Positions 1 through 9,307 of a DNA stretch of 64,000 bases are shown here, piece after piece (the stretch's first letter is position 1; every line of letters begins with the position of its first letter). The translations under genes and the position numbers were made by a program. The DNA is taken from contig OZ241981.1 of the NCBI GenBank assembly GCA_965204345.1, forward strand, positions 416,001 through 480,000, written 5' to 3'. The DNA is from Nitrosopumilus sp. (lineage in GTDB: Archaea > Thermoproteota > Nitrososphaeria > Nitrososphaerales > Nitrosopumilaceae). The notes below the pieces were generated by a model. The model had not been told where the DNA came from, did no database searches, and worked only from the letters and a program-made list of their open reading frames with translations.

Positions 1-1
1 A

Positions 2-139
2 GAGGATGAAAACCAGGCATATCAAATGCTGTCCGGCATTTTCGTAGGAGTGGGATTTTTGCTTGTTTTGATTAGCTTTGGTGCCAGAAGAAGAAGAAAG
101 GATTATGTTGAAAAAAAAGAAAAAAAGCCAGCAGAGTAA
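2..139 (+). CDS. 3' end of a small membrane protein (partial, starts before window)
   Basis: Frame 2 reads EDENQAYQMLSGIFVGVGFLLVLISFGARRRRKDYVEKKEKKPAE*: a hydrophobic helix then a basic tail, TAA at 137-139. Confidence 0.7.
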   Translation, partial: EDENQAYQMLSGIFVGVGFLLVLISFGARRRRKDYVEKKEKKPAE

Positions 140-177
140 CTCAAAGGTTTTAATCTCAATTTATCCCAATACCAAAC

Positions 178-483
178 ATGATTCAGGCTGAAATTAGCAT
201 ATACCCAATGGCAACTAAGACCACCAGTGCCAGTTTTTACATTGCAAAGGCAATAGAATCCATCCAGGACATGGAAAATCTCAGGTATGAAATCAACCCA
301 ATGGGAACAGTCTTGGAATCTGATGACATGGGCGTAATAAACTCGGCAACAGCAAAAATGACAGAGGCGGTTCACAATCTAGGGATTGCCAGAGTCGGGG
401 CAGTAATCAAGATAGACTCAAGAAAGGACAAGCAGATGAAGATGGAAGAAAAGCTCGAATCCATCAAGAGACAGATGAGTTAA
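178..483 (+). CDS. MTH1187/YkoF family thiamine-binding protein
   Basis: 101 aa; AEISIYP, YEINPMGTVLE and IKIDSRKDK match the family pattern. Confidence 0.85.
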   Translation: MIQAEISIYPMATKTTSASFYIAKAIESIQDMENLRYEINPMGTVLESDDMGVINSATAKMTEAVHNLGIARVGAVIKIDSRKDKQMKMEEKLESIKRQMS

Positions 484-1595
484 AATTTCCTTAGAATCTC
501 AAAATGGGTATTTCTTTGCGCAGGTATGCGGCCAATCTCCTTGACCATGGTTGCCAGCTCATCTACTGAAGAGGATGTTGCCTTGCCGGCAGCCCTGTAA
601 ATTTCTTCAGAAAAGGCAGTTCCAACCAAATCACTTCCGCCATGGGATAGTGCAACCTGTGCGAGTTTTTTTCCATATGCAACCCAATAAACAGAGATGT
701 TATTGAGCACGTTTGCAAGCATCAGTCTAGACAAAGCAATAACTCTCAAATCATATACTGATGAGCACTCATGAGTTACCAGATGCTCTTGTTCTAACTC
801 GGTGTTATCCAGGCTAAACTTGAGGGGAATCAAGGTGATAAAACCGTTTGTCTTCTTTTGCAGTTTGCGAATCCTGACTAGATGATCAACTATGTGTTCG
901 GGTTTTTCGATATGACCATAAAGCATGGTGACATTGCTTTTGATGTCCATGGCATGTGCCTCTTCTATAACATCCAGCCACTGCTGTCCAGTACACTTGC
1001 CCCTAACAATTTTTCCCCGAATGTCAGGGTGAAACAGTTCGGCACCGCCACCAGGCATGGAATCAAGTCCGGCATCCTTTAGACGAGACAGGATTTCCTT
1101 GGTAGAATTTTTAGATAGTTTTGAGAGATAGTAAATTTCAGCGGCAGTTAGTGCCTTGATGTTAAGCTGGGGATGACTCTTTTTGATGGTCCTCATCATC
1201 TCTTCATAATACTCTAATGGAAGCTTTGGATGAAATCCTCCAACGATATGAACCTCAGTTGCACCCATCTGCCTTGCAATGCCAACCCTTGCTTCAATCT
1301 CCTGGGGGGTTAGTGTGTATGCGTCATCAGCGCCATCCTTTCGGTAAAATGCGCACATTTGACAGCTGGCAGCACATACGTTTGTGTAGTTCATGTAATA
1401 GGATGCAGCAAAAGTCACAGTATCATCAACGAGCCTCTTTCTGGCATCATCGGCTACTGCTCCAAGCAAGTGCAGGTTATCGTAACTCATCAACTCAAGG
1501 CCGTCCTTGTAAGACAGTTCTTCTCCGGCAAGGGCATGATCTAGTGCCTGAGAGTCTCCAACCAGCTGTTCTAGCATGATGTCCTGTTGCCCCAT
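480..1595 (-). CDS. mqnE: CofH/MqnE family radical SAM protein, probably aminofutalosine synthase (futalosine menaquinone pathway)
   Basis: NYTNVCAASCQMCAF (CxxxCxxC), GATEVHIVGGFHP, KALTAAEI, MPGGGAE, TMLYGHIE; EVHIVGG is MqnE-like rather than MqnC-like. Confidence 0.75.
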   Translation of the reverse strand: MGQQDIMLEQLVGDSQALDHALAGEELSYKDGLELMSYDNLHLLGAVADDARKRLVDDTVTFAASYYMNYTNVCAASCQMCAFYRKDGADDAYTLTPQEIEARVGIARQMGATEVHIVGGFHPKLPLEYYEEMMRTIKKSHPQLNIKALTAAEIYYLSKLSKNSTKEILSRLKDAGLDSMPGGGAELFHPDIRGKIVRGKCTGQQWLDVIEEAHAMDIKSNVTMLYGHIEKPEHIVDHLVRIRKLQKKTNGFITLIPLKFSLDNTELEQEHLVTHECSSVYDLRVIALSRLMLANVLNNISVYWVAYGKKLAQVALSHGGSDLVGTAFSEEIYRAAGKATSSSVDELATMVKEIGRIPAQRNTHFEILRKF

Positions 1596-1651
1596 CAGGA
1601 TATATTCCTTATAGTCTCAAGAAATAAGTAACAGGCCACAATACAGCCTGC

Positions 1652-1825
1652 ATGGTACTTCCCTTGGTAGACGAGCACAAACCAAAATGCTACCTGTGTC
1701 ACAGTGGTTTTGAAGACGTGGAGAAGCTAAGGGAGCATCAAAATTCGGCACACAGAGACTTTTTTGAAGAGAACAAAAGACAGAAGAACCACGAACCCGC
1801 ACCAGGCGATGTTACTGTGTTTTAG
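1652..1825 (+). CDS. Small C2H2 zinc-finger protein (57 aa, not in ORF track)
   Basis: MVLPLVDEHKPKCYLCHSGFEDVEKLREHQNSAHRDFFEENKRQKNHEPAPGDVTVF*; C-x2-C-x12-H-x4-H spacing; stop overlaps the convergent TPR gene by 4 nt. Confidence 0.8.
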   Translation: MVLPLVDEHKPKCYLCHSGFEDVEKLREHQNSAHRDFFEENKRQKNHEPAPGDVTVF

Positions 1826-2307
1826 GCTTTGGTCTTGGCTGATTTTAACAAATCCTGTGCAATCTCTTTTGAGATATTTGCCAGATCATAGTGCCTGTCA
1901 ATAGACAGTGCCTTTTTGAAGTGTTTTATTGCCTCTTGCAAGTTACCTGTCTCCCCCAAAGAGAGTCCCTTGTATGCAAAGGCCATTGCGCATCTTTTGT
2001 CAATTTTTAACGCGGCATCATAGCAATCCATAGCTTCAAGATATTTCTCATCAGAATGTAATGCGGCACCCTTGTTTAGTAGTGCATCAAGATTGTCCGG
2101 GGAGAGGTCAAGGGCCCTATCATAAGAACGAATGGCAAGCTTTACTTTTCCCATGTTTTGCAGAGTGACACCCTTGTCAATGAGTATCCTGGCGTTATTA
2201 GGATCACTTTTGAGCATCAGATCATATAACCTCAAGGCATCAGAAAAATTTCCATCCTCTGCACATTCAAGGGCTTGAAGAAGCATCTTCTCTGTCTGGT
2301 TATTCAC
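1822..2307 (-). CDS. Tetratricopeptide repeat protein
   Basis: About four TPR units (NKGAAL..EAMDCYDAALKID, YKGLSL..EAIKHFKKALSID). Confidence 0.9.
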   Translation of the reverse strand: MNNQTEKMLLQALECAEDGNFSDALRLYDLMLKSDPNNARILIDKGVTLQNMGKVKLAIRSYDRALDLSPDNLDALLNKGAALHSDEKYLEAMDCYDAALKIDKRCAMAFAYKGLSLGETGNLQEAIKHFKKALSIDRHYDLANISKEIAQDLLKSAKTKA

Positions 2308-2379
2308 ATACTTGGCAGTATTTTGTTAATAATATAGATTGACAATTAGAGGGAGTGCCTTGCATAACAGCTGGCATCA

Positions 2380-2607
2380 TTATGATGCATCCCTATCGCG
2401 AGGGTCAATCCGGAGGGATTTGTTAAAACAGTCCATGGATTCCTGGTATCTACCCAAGCTGCGCAGTGCAATGCCCTTGTGATTCCACAGATCAGGATCA
2501 CCCTGGTTTAGGAGAAGAGCCTGATCAAAGAATGCCAGTGCCCCATCAAAATCCCCTTGGTCAACTAAGAGCTGCCCCTTTTTAACAAGTTCTGTAATTT
2601 TATCCAT
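2380..2607 (-). CDS. Small tetratricopeptide repeat protein
   Basis: Two TPR units (WNHKGIALRSLGRYQESMDCFNKSLRIDP); probable start is ATG at 2607 rather than 2655. Confidence 0.85.
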   Translation of the reverse strand: MDKITELVKKGQLLVDQGDFDGALAFFDQALLLNQGDPDLWNHKGIALRSLGRYQESMDCFNKSLRIDPRDRDAS

Positions 2608-2707
2608 GATACCATTACTAGCCATCCAGCCAGTATTAAGTTTGAAGACAAACAACGGAAAAACCTGATGAATTTATAGGTACAGGCTGAAAATTTAAAT
2701 AAATTTT

Positions 2708-3166
2708 TTGCCAAAACATAGCATGAAATTAGATGAGACAGACCAAAAAATTATAAAAAATTTATCAGTAGATGCAAGACAGTCAGCAAGACAGCTGTCA
2801 TTGAAACTAGACATATCAACAGTTACGGTACTATCAAGAATCAAGAGGCTAGAAAAAGAGAAGATAATCAAGGGATATACTGCCATTATCGATCATGAAA
2901 AGATAGGATATTCGCTTACGGCCATTATTGAAATTATGGCAAAAAACGACAAGGTGGTAGACATTGAAAATGAGATATCAAAATTTGAGAACGTCTGCGG
3001 AGTGTACGACATTACGGGTTCAACTGACACCGTAATTGTTGCAAAATTCAAAGACAGGGACAAGCTAAGCAGGTTTGTAAAGGAACTAGCAGTCATTCCA
3101 AATGTGGAAAATACAAACACGCACCTAGTCCTAAATACGGCAAAAGAAGACTTTAGATTAACATAG
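2708..3166 (+). CDS. Lrp/AsnC family transcriptional regulator
   Basis: N-terminal HTH (LDETDQKII..DARQSARQLS..STVTVLSRIKRLE) and RAM domain (VYDITGSTD). Confidence 0.95.
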   Translation: MPKHSMKLDETDQKIIKNLSVDARQSARQLSLKLDISTVTVLSRIKRLEKEKIIKGYTAIIDHEKIGYSLTAIIEIMAKNDKVVDIENEISKFENVCGVYDITGSTDTVIVAKFKDRDKLSRFVKELAVIPNVENTNTHLVLNTAKEDFRLT

Positions 3167-3175
3167 GGAAGTAAA

Positions 3176-3730
3176 ATGAGGCGACTAGAATTTCTTGTGA
3201 TTTTCCTACTAGCCAGCGGAGGAGCACAAATGGCATATGCGCAAGAGGACAGGACAGACATGGAATTAAAAGTGACAGACCAAGAAAAGATCATATTATT
3301 TTCGGGTTTTGCAGTTGCAATAGTTGGGATCTTTTTATTTTTAGCAAGGGACATCATATTACGCAAAAAGACGTCATATGACAGCGAGGAATTGGAATCA
3401 AAAAAGGACAAAACATTTGAAAAGTATCACTCAGACTGGGGAGATGACTATGAGGAATTAGGAAGTAGGAGAAACACAAAAGAAGACAAGGAATTTCGAG
3501 ATGCTGCAAACAGTGATGAGCTGCCTAACTATTACAAGGTTATCGGGGTCTCTGAAGATGCAACGCCGGATCAGATCAAAAAGAAATTTCGAGAGGTTGC
3601 AAAAAAAATACATCCCGATAAAACAAAGGAAAGCTCAGAAGAAGAGATGGCAGAATTAAACAAGGCATACGAGATACTCTCAGACAAAGAACTCAGGAAA
3701 AAATACGACACGTACATCAAAAAAGACTAG
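3176..3730 (+). CDS. Membrane-anchored protein with C-terminal DnaJ (J) domain
   Basis: Signal-like N-terminus, one TM helix, then NYYKVIGV..IHPDK..MAELNKAYEILSD..RKKYD with intact HPD. Confidence 0.9.
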   Translation: MRRLEFLVIFLLASGGAQMAYAQEDRTDMELKVTDQEKIILFSGFAVAIVGIFLFLARDIILRKKTSYDSEELESKKDKTFEKYHSDWGDDYEELGSRRNTKEDKEFRDAANSDELPNYYKVIGVSEDATPDQIKKKFREVAKKIHPDKTKESSEEEMAELNKAYEILSDKELRKKYDTYIKKD

Positions 3731-4131
3731 AGGTAGTCTAGCTTTACAATAATCATGCTAAGCTCAACGGATGCAAAAGTCTGAACACTGTTAATCAGAT
3801 TGGTAAATATCTGAACATCTAAGGACTTTCCATCAGACTCGATTTGGGTGGTGATCCTTAGTTTGCCAAACTCTGTATTTGGTCCTAGCATTTTTTTGGT
3901 TAGCAGCGGGACAACAGAGAGATCCTCAACCACGGATTTCATCTTGTATGCAAACTTGCCTGAAAAATAAACACCGCCACGGGTTGTCGGCTCATTTACA
4001 GGAATTGGGGAATTTGTGATAACAGTGCTTGCAACATCATATGCGGCATCATCAATATATAGCGTAAACCTTGGGGAACTTGTTTTGTTGAACTTTATTA
4101 GCTGCTCTAGCAAATCCTCATTAAATGGCAT
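3727..4131 (-). CDS. Hypothetical protein
   Basis: 134-aa ORF with normal composition and a convergent 4-nt stop overlap; no motif recognised. Confidence 0.7.
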   Translation of the reverse strand: MPFNEDLLEQLIKFNKTSSPRFTLYIDDAAYDVASTVITNSPIPVNEPTTRGGVYFSGKFAYKMKSVVEDLSVVPLLTKKMLGPNTEFGKLRITTQIESDGKSLDVQIFTNLINSVQTFASVELSMIIVKLDYL

Positions 4132-4229
4132 CCAAAAACAGGCAGATCGTAATTCTATTGAGTGTTTCTAATGAAAAACATTCAATTTCAGTGATCAAAT
4201 TTAAAAACATGAATTTTATTTGATCGGTA

Positions 4230-5546
4230 TTGCAACAGCTTGCAAACACACATCCAATGCGAAATGAGATAGTCAGCTTGATGGTAGAGCACGGGCTAGA
4301 GGATGACTGCTACGTTGAGATGCTAGACTATACTATTGATTTATTTGAAAGCCAGAGCCTTGGAACCGAATATTACGGATACCACAACATCAATCACGAA
4401 TTAGAGGTAACGTATGTTTCACTGCTATCAGTAAGGCAGAAAAAAATCCAGTTCACAGATGAGGACATTAAATATCTCTATGTTGCAGCGCTGTTTCATG
4501 ACTTTGATCCTGAAAAAAGCGTAGACAAGCCGCACGAGGAGAGCGTCTTAAAGTTTATCTCAAATGATGAAAAGCTTTTACAGTTAATTGATGCTGCCAA
4601 AATGGACTTGGAGGTCATCAAGGTTTTGATTTTGCGGACAACATATCCGTGGAGTGGCGAATTTAAAAAAAATGCAGAGGAGCAAATCAGGCAGTGTTTT
4701 AGAAACTCGGATTTAATAAGAAACAACCTGCAGTATCAGCAGCACATCTTAGAGATAGGATGGTATTTGTCAGTCGTAGACAGGATAAGCGGATATGCAT
4801 TGGGGGACTTTACAAAGGCCATGGAAATGGCAAAAATGAACGCACATGCACTTGCATGGAGACCCTCATTAATCATAAGAAGGGCTGTTGCATATTTTGA
4901 GGAATTGCTAAACAAGGAAACAGAGATGGTAAAAGAGATTTTAAAAGTGCTCCCAAAGGAAATGAGAAAGAACTTTTTTAACACAGTGCTGTCATTTATG
5001 AGGATCAGGCAGCAAGAGATCACGATTCAGGCAGACTATTCGTATGAAAACCTAAAGATGATACCGACCATAGAAAACATGTCGACAAGAGAGGATCCGA
5101 AATTTATCAAGGCATTGTATGATATTTTTATGGAGTTGCCAAGACCTCTGCAATTTGAAAAGGAGAATTTTGACAAATCAGTAAAAGATCCGCAGGTAAT
5201 CATCAACACGCTAAGAATAAATGACAAGGATGGCGAGATTATAGGATTCTCAAAGGGCGGTCCGCTTGAAAGTTACAATTTGCGTGAGGAGATTAAAGAC
5301 GAGAACTATGGCCTGGGAAATACAATATTCTTAGAGCCGCTGGCACTAAAAATGGGCTATTGGGGACTAAAGGGAGGCAGTGAAATGCGCCACATGTTCA
5401 TCATGCAATCCCACTCTATGAAATACAAGTATTTGACAAGTTTTGCATTGCGGGATGTCATTGAGGCCAGAATCAACAAGGAAGAGGCAGAATTTGTAAA
5501 GCTGTTTGATCCAGAAAGATGGGACTATTACAGAATAAAGATTTAG
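4230..5546 (+). CDS. HD-domain metal-dependent phosphohydrolase with additional C-terminal domain
   Basis: YYGYHNINH..AALFHDFD..VVDRI signature; the C-terminal ~150 aa looks GNAT-like (GEIIGFSKGGP, YWGLKGGSEM). Confidence 0.8.
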   Translation: MQQLANTHPMRNEIVSLMVEHGLEDDCYVEMLDYTIDLFESQSLGTEYYGYHNINHELEVTYVSLLSVRQKKIQFTDEDIKYLYVAALFHDFDPEKSVDKPHEESVLKFISNDEKLLQLIDAAKMDLEVIKVLILRTTYPWSGEFKKNAEEQIRQCFRNSDLIRNNLQYQQHILEIGWYLSVVDRISGYALGDFTKAMEMAKMNAHALAWRPSLIIRRAVAYFEELLNKETEMVKEILKVLPKEMRKNFFNTVLSFMRIRQQEITIQADYSYENLKMIPTIENMSTREDPKFIKALYDIFMELPRPLQFEKENFDKSVKDPQVIINTLRINDKDGEIIGFSKGGPLESYNLREEIKDENYGLGNTIFLEPLALKMGYWGLKGGSEMRHMFIMQSHSMKYKYLTSFALRDVIEARINKEEAEFVKLFDPERWDYYRIKI

Positions 5547-6196
5547 AATTGCCAAAAACCAACCCATAGACGCTCTGGCAACTAAAAGATGCCCATAGAG
5601 TAGTTGTATAGAGATTGTGCTGCGACACCAACAAATGGGCCATACGGGCATTTGCACCAAAACACAAAAGAGCTTGGGTTATGAATCCCGGATTATAAAA
5701 CGCATTTGGAGTACCAAGATGTGCGATAAAGTGCCGGTTTTGGCAAATTCAAATTTCAGCAGACGCAGCAGATCACAGGCAAAATCTCAAGGCACTGCAC
5801 ATCCTCTCTAGAACAGACAATACAGTCCAAGAAAATCACGGGATTGTCAGTAAATGCCAGCGCAAAAATCTAGTCTGTCATTCTCACAGACACCAGAGTC
5901 TAGGAGAACACAATGCAGAAATTTTTGTGTGTGTAAAGGTTGCAAAAATGTCACATTGTCAAAACATACAGCGCATCAGAACAGTGCCAGTCAAAATTTT
6001 GAAAAAAAAATGATCAGCGAGCCTGCTGTTTGTTTAAAATACTCTGGGGTAGTTTGTTCCCAAAGAAGTGATTAGAAGAACATCCAATGCAAAAAAAAAA
6101 TTATTTCAGAACGCAATAAATTGGATCGGATATTTGTCTAATAGTAAAAAAAGTTCAACAAGTTCTCGCTAATAGGACTTTGAGCCTAGGACAACT

Positions 6197-6340
6197 ATGA
6201 CAATAGGATACTGTGTAAAGTGCCGAGATAAACGAGAAATCGGTGGCGCTAAACCATACACCATGAAAAATGGCAAACCTGCAATCAAAGGCACATGCCC
6301 AACATGCAGTACGGCCATTTTCAGAATAGGCAGAGGATAA
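6197..6340 (+). CDS. DUF5679-like small basic zinc-ribbon protein (47 aa, not in ORF track)
   Basis: MTIGYCVKCRDKREIGGAKPYTMKNGKPAIKGTCPTCSTAIFRIGRG*; two CxxC pairs and the MKNGKPA.KG.CP.C pattern. Confidence 0.85.
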   Translation: MTIGYCVKCRDKREIGGAKPYTMKNGKPAIKGTCPTCSTAIFRIGRG

Positions 6341-6640
6341 AACTCTCGCCAGAAAAGTTTGGCACTGCCATTGACAAGCAAGGCCATACCATAGCCAATG
6401 CATTAGAGATAATGCATCTCTTTTGTGGTTCTATTTTTCAATACAAAAAAATACTTGAATGCGCCAGGTTGCCATCAGCACCAGGCATGCCAATTTTGGC
6501 AATCCCTGTGCTTATCAGACGTTTCTCAGAAATCAGGCCTTGCAAGACAGGAGGGTTTTCATCAACTCTATTGAGTGCAAAATCTGTAAGGTCGGCTTGA
6601 AATTTGGTCGGATTTAATTTGAAACAAAAAATAAGGGAGA

Positions 6641-7039
6641 TTATTTCAGACGCCTGTAAATCTCTTTGAATTCACAAGAGATGTTATAGGACATGTTTAA
6701 CAGGTGTGCAAGCTGGTTCATGGATGTTTTATCATGTCCTAGCTGCCTTAGCAGAGTCAAGGCCTTTTGAGGGGAACTAGGAGTCAGGGGAGTTTGCCCG
6801 GACCAAGACTTGAAAGCATCCTCAACATTCAAACTGAAATTTAGAACAAATTCCTTCCAATGGGTCATTGAATTTAGGGCTTTGCTGCTCAAAAGTACCT
6901 GAGAGAGTTCTCTAAATTCATTTTTTCTGTCATCATACAGCATTTCAAGGGCCTGACGAAGTTTGTCTTCCTGATAGTCCGAAGAATTAAGCATGTACAT
7001 TCCGGCAATACTCATGTCATATTGTCCCCATAATGCCAA
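6641..7039 (-). CDS. Hypothetical protein
   Basis: Helical-looking 120-130 aa ORF; true start is probably an internal ATG. Confidence 0.7.
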   Translation of the reverse strand: MALWGQYDMSIAGMYMLNSSDYQEDKLRQALEMLYDDRKNEFRELSQVLLSSKALNSMTHWKEFVLNFSLNVEDAFKSWSGQTPLTPSSPQKALTLLRQLGHDKTSMNQLAHLLNMSYNISCEFKEIYRRLK

Positions 7040-7130
7040 ATAAGTTAGCTAGTTAATTCTCAAAAAAAATGTTAAAAAAAATCCTTAAAAACAAACAAAT
7101 GTTCAAAAACTAAAAAAAAGAAAAAGGATC

Positions 7131-8555
7131 TTATTGGAATGGGTCAATAAACGGACAGTTAACAATGTGGTCACTATCCATTGGACGCGCGATGCCAATA
7201 TCGATCAAGCCAGCTTCTCTGTATGCATTTATGTCGCCAACGGTTTCTAAGACTTGGGCATTATCAGGTGCATTCCAGCCAATCAAAAATATTCTCCACA
7301 TGGGGGAATAGTTGGCATCACCGGGAGCTCCGGCTGCAATTCCAGGTTGGAATCCTAATGGACCAGTGCCTGTCAAACCGTTTTTGAACTGATACAAGTC
7401 AACTGCTGCAGAGTTTGCAATCAAGTTTGCAGATGTTGGAGAACTAACAACACCCATATTTTGGGCAGGACCGCTTGGTGTTGCATCTGTTACAATGTAA
7501 TAGATGGTTCTACCATCAGGACCCCATCCGCGATGAGCTATGAAAGTTACATTCATCTCTTCTGTATCGATATCAAGAACTTGACCTCCACCATAGGGTG
7601 TCGTGTCAGTTAAAGTCTTATCATCCTTTACCATCATCTGACCCTCTGGCCAAATAATTTGAGGCATATTCAAAACGACTTCAAGGTGAGACAGTGTGAC
7701 TTCCCCACCATCAGCTGCTTCCATAATCACTGCATCAGAATCCAAAATCCTCGGAGTTGCACCATCATTCCATGTCACGTGGACATGAGAAGTCAATGCG
7801 CTGTACACATCTGCTTGTGCAGGTGTACTAGTAAAGACTTCACCTTGATATCCATGTATACCAGTGCCTTCAATGCCATTGGTAAACAGATATGTCTTTG
7901 AAAGTGCTTCTTCAGGAGCATTCTTTAGCAAGGGTGCAAGTTCGACTTGCCAGCCCTGATTCTCTGTAATAATTTCTGCATGTGTTGGATCACTAGAGTC
8001 AGTGATTATGAAATAAACATCTTCACCGTCATAGTATCCTTGATGCATTGGAATTGTTGCTGGAACATTTGCTCTTGATAATCTAAGTACAGAACCCAAG
8101 TCAGCTTCAGTTATTTCTTCTTCGTGATCATCATGCATCATCATTTTGTCGTCATCATCATGCATCATCATTTTGTCGTCATCATCATGCATCATCATTT
8201 TGTCGTCATCATCATGCATCATCATTTTGTCGTCATCATCATGCATCATCATTTTGTCGTCATCATCATGCATCATCATTTTGTCGTCATCATGTTTTTG
8301 ATCATGATCATCATCTTTTTCTGTAACTGGTGCTACAGGAACAGGCTTTCCTTGTTCTGCTTCAAAGGCGGCTCTACCGCCAGGATATTCAGAACATAGA
8401 CTCAGTCCACAAATATCAGTCTGAGAACCGTATTTTGAGGTTCCGACGCCGGCTGCTTTTAGGGCTTCAGCATCGGTAAAATAGTCCGTAGTCATTCCTG
8501 CTGTAAACAAGGGTAAAATTGCAAGCAATGCAATGTATCCTAGATTCTTGTTCAT
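7131..8555 (-). CDS. Secreted protein with His/Asp/Met-rich repeat and two related C-terminal domains; putative metal (Cu)-binding protein
   Basis: Signal peptide, ICGLSLCSEYP motif, (HDDDDKMMM)n tract, duplicated domain (VYFIITDSS / IYYIVTDAT; VYSALTSH / NYSPMWRI; VVLNMPQI / HIVNCPFI). Confidence 0.8.
   Translation of the reverse strand: MNKNLGYIALLAILPLFTAGMTTDYFTDAEALKAAGVGTSKYGSQTDICGLSLCSEYPGGRAAFEAEQGKPVPVAPVTEKDDDHDQKHDDDKMMMHDDDDKMMMHDDDDKMMMHDDDDKMMMHDDDDKMMMHDDDDKMMMHDDHEEEITEADLGSVLRLSRANVPATIPMHQGYYDGEDVYFIITDSSDPTHAEIITENQGWQVELAPLLKNAPEEALSKTYLFTNGIEGTGIHGYQGEVFTSTPAQADVYSALTSHVHVTWNDGATPRILDSDAVIMEAADGGEVTLSHLEVVLNMPQIIWPEGQMMVKDDKTLTDTTPYGGGQVLDIDTEEMNVTFIAHRGWGPDGRTIYYIVTDATPSGPAQNMGVVSSPTSANLIANSAAVDLYQFKNGLTGTGPLGFQPGIAAGAPGDANYSPMWRIFLIGWNAPDNAQVLETVGDINAYREAGLIDIGIARPMDSDHIVNCPFIDPFQ
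8128..8294 (-). repeat. 27-bp coding tandem repeat, 6 copies, encoding (D)DDDKMMMH
   Basis: tcatcatgcatcatcattttgtcgtca repeated head to tail on the + strand. Confidence 0.95.
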
Positions 8556-8606
8556 ACGGGAGAGAATTTGGCTTCCCCTTAAAAGAATTTGCCCAAATCA
8601 GATATT

Positions 8607-9233
8607 TCATATTGGAAGCTCTGAGAACCTGTTTTCAACGTAATTCCAATTAATTACATTCCACCAGGACTTTACATAGTCAGGTCGCCGATTTTGGTAT
8701 TGCAGATAGTATGCATGCTCCCACACATCCAATCCCAAGAGGGGCGTTTTTTGTAGTGTCCAAGGACTGTCCTGATTAGCAGTTGTAATAATTTCAATTT
8801 TATTGTATGTCGCATTAAAAACCAGCCAGCACCACCCGCTTCCCTCAATGACAGTCGCTTTTTCTGAAAAGACTTTTTTAAAATTAGAAAAACCGCCAAA
8901 ATAGACATCAACTGCATCTCCCAGTTTTCCCCCAGGAGAGTCATCACCGGCAGGAGCCATCATTGTCTCCCAAAACAACCGATGATTCTCAAATCCTCCG
9001 CCAAAGAAACTAATAGAATTTCTCCCAGACTCTGGAATTGATTTCAAATCAGAAAGAATAGATGAGATGTATTGCGGATGTGAATGGCCGCCAATTCTTT
9101 CAAGAGAGGCATTTAGTCCGTCAGCATATGCCTGGTGATGCTTTTGATGGTGTATCTTCATTGTTTGAGTATCAATGAACGGCTCTAACTCATCATAGCC
9201 ATAAGGTAATCTTGGAAGCTCATATCTGACCAT
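8607..9233 (-). CDS. sod: Fe/Mn superoxide dismutase
   Basis: LPYGYDELEP, HHQKHHQAY, NHRLFW, GSGWCWL, DVWEHAYY; all four metal ligands present. Confidence 0.97.
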   Translation of the reverse strand: MVRYELPRLPYGYDELEPFIDTQTMKIHHQKHHQAYADGLNASLERIGGHSHPQYISSILSDLKSIPESGRNSISFFGGGFENHRLFWETMMAPAGDDSPGGKLGDAVDVYFGGFSNFKKVFSEKATVIEGSGWCWLVFNATYNKIEIITTANQDSPWTLQKTPLLGLDVWEHAYYLQYQNRRPDYVKSWWNVINWNYVENRFSELPI

Positions 9234-9307
9234 GAATCAAACCAGATAATCCGCACATATATTCTTCAGGTAGAAAGAAAGATAAATCTCAAACTAGAAC
9301 CATCAAT

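Noticed and set aside
103-6600. Short ORFs overlapping real genes or in spacers (e.g. 103-375, 1617-1802, 2893-3411, 5617-5811, 5854-6075, 6155-6403, 6295-6600)
   Set aside because: Antisense or off-frame to better-supported genes, or with atypical composition and no recognisable motif.
8128-8294. CRISPR-like short repeat array
   Set aside because: The units are contiguous with no spacers, lie in frame within a gene, and no cas genes are present.
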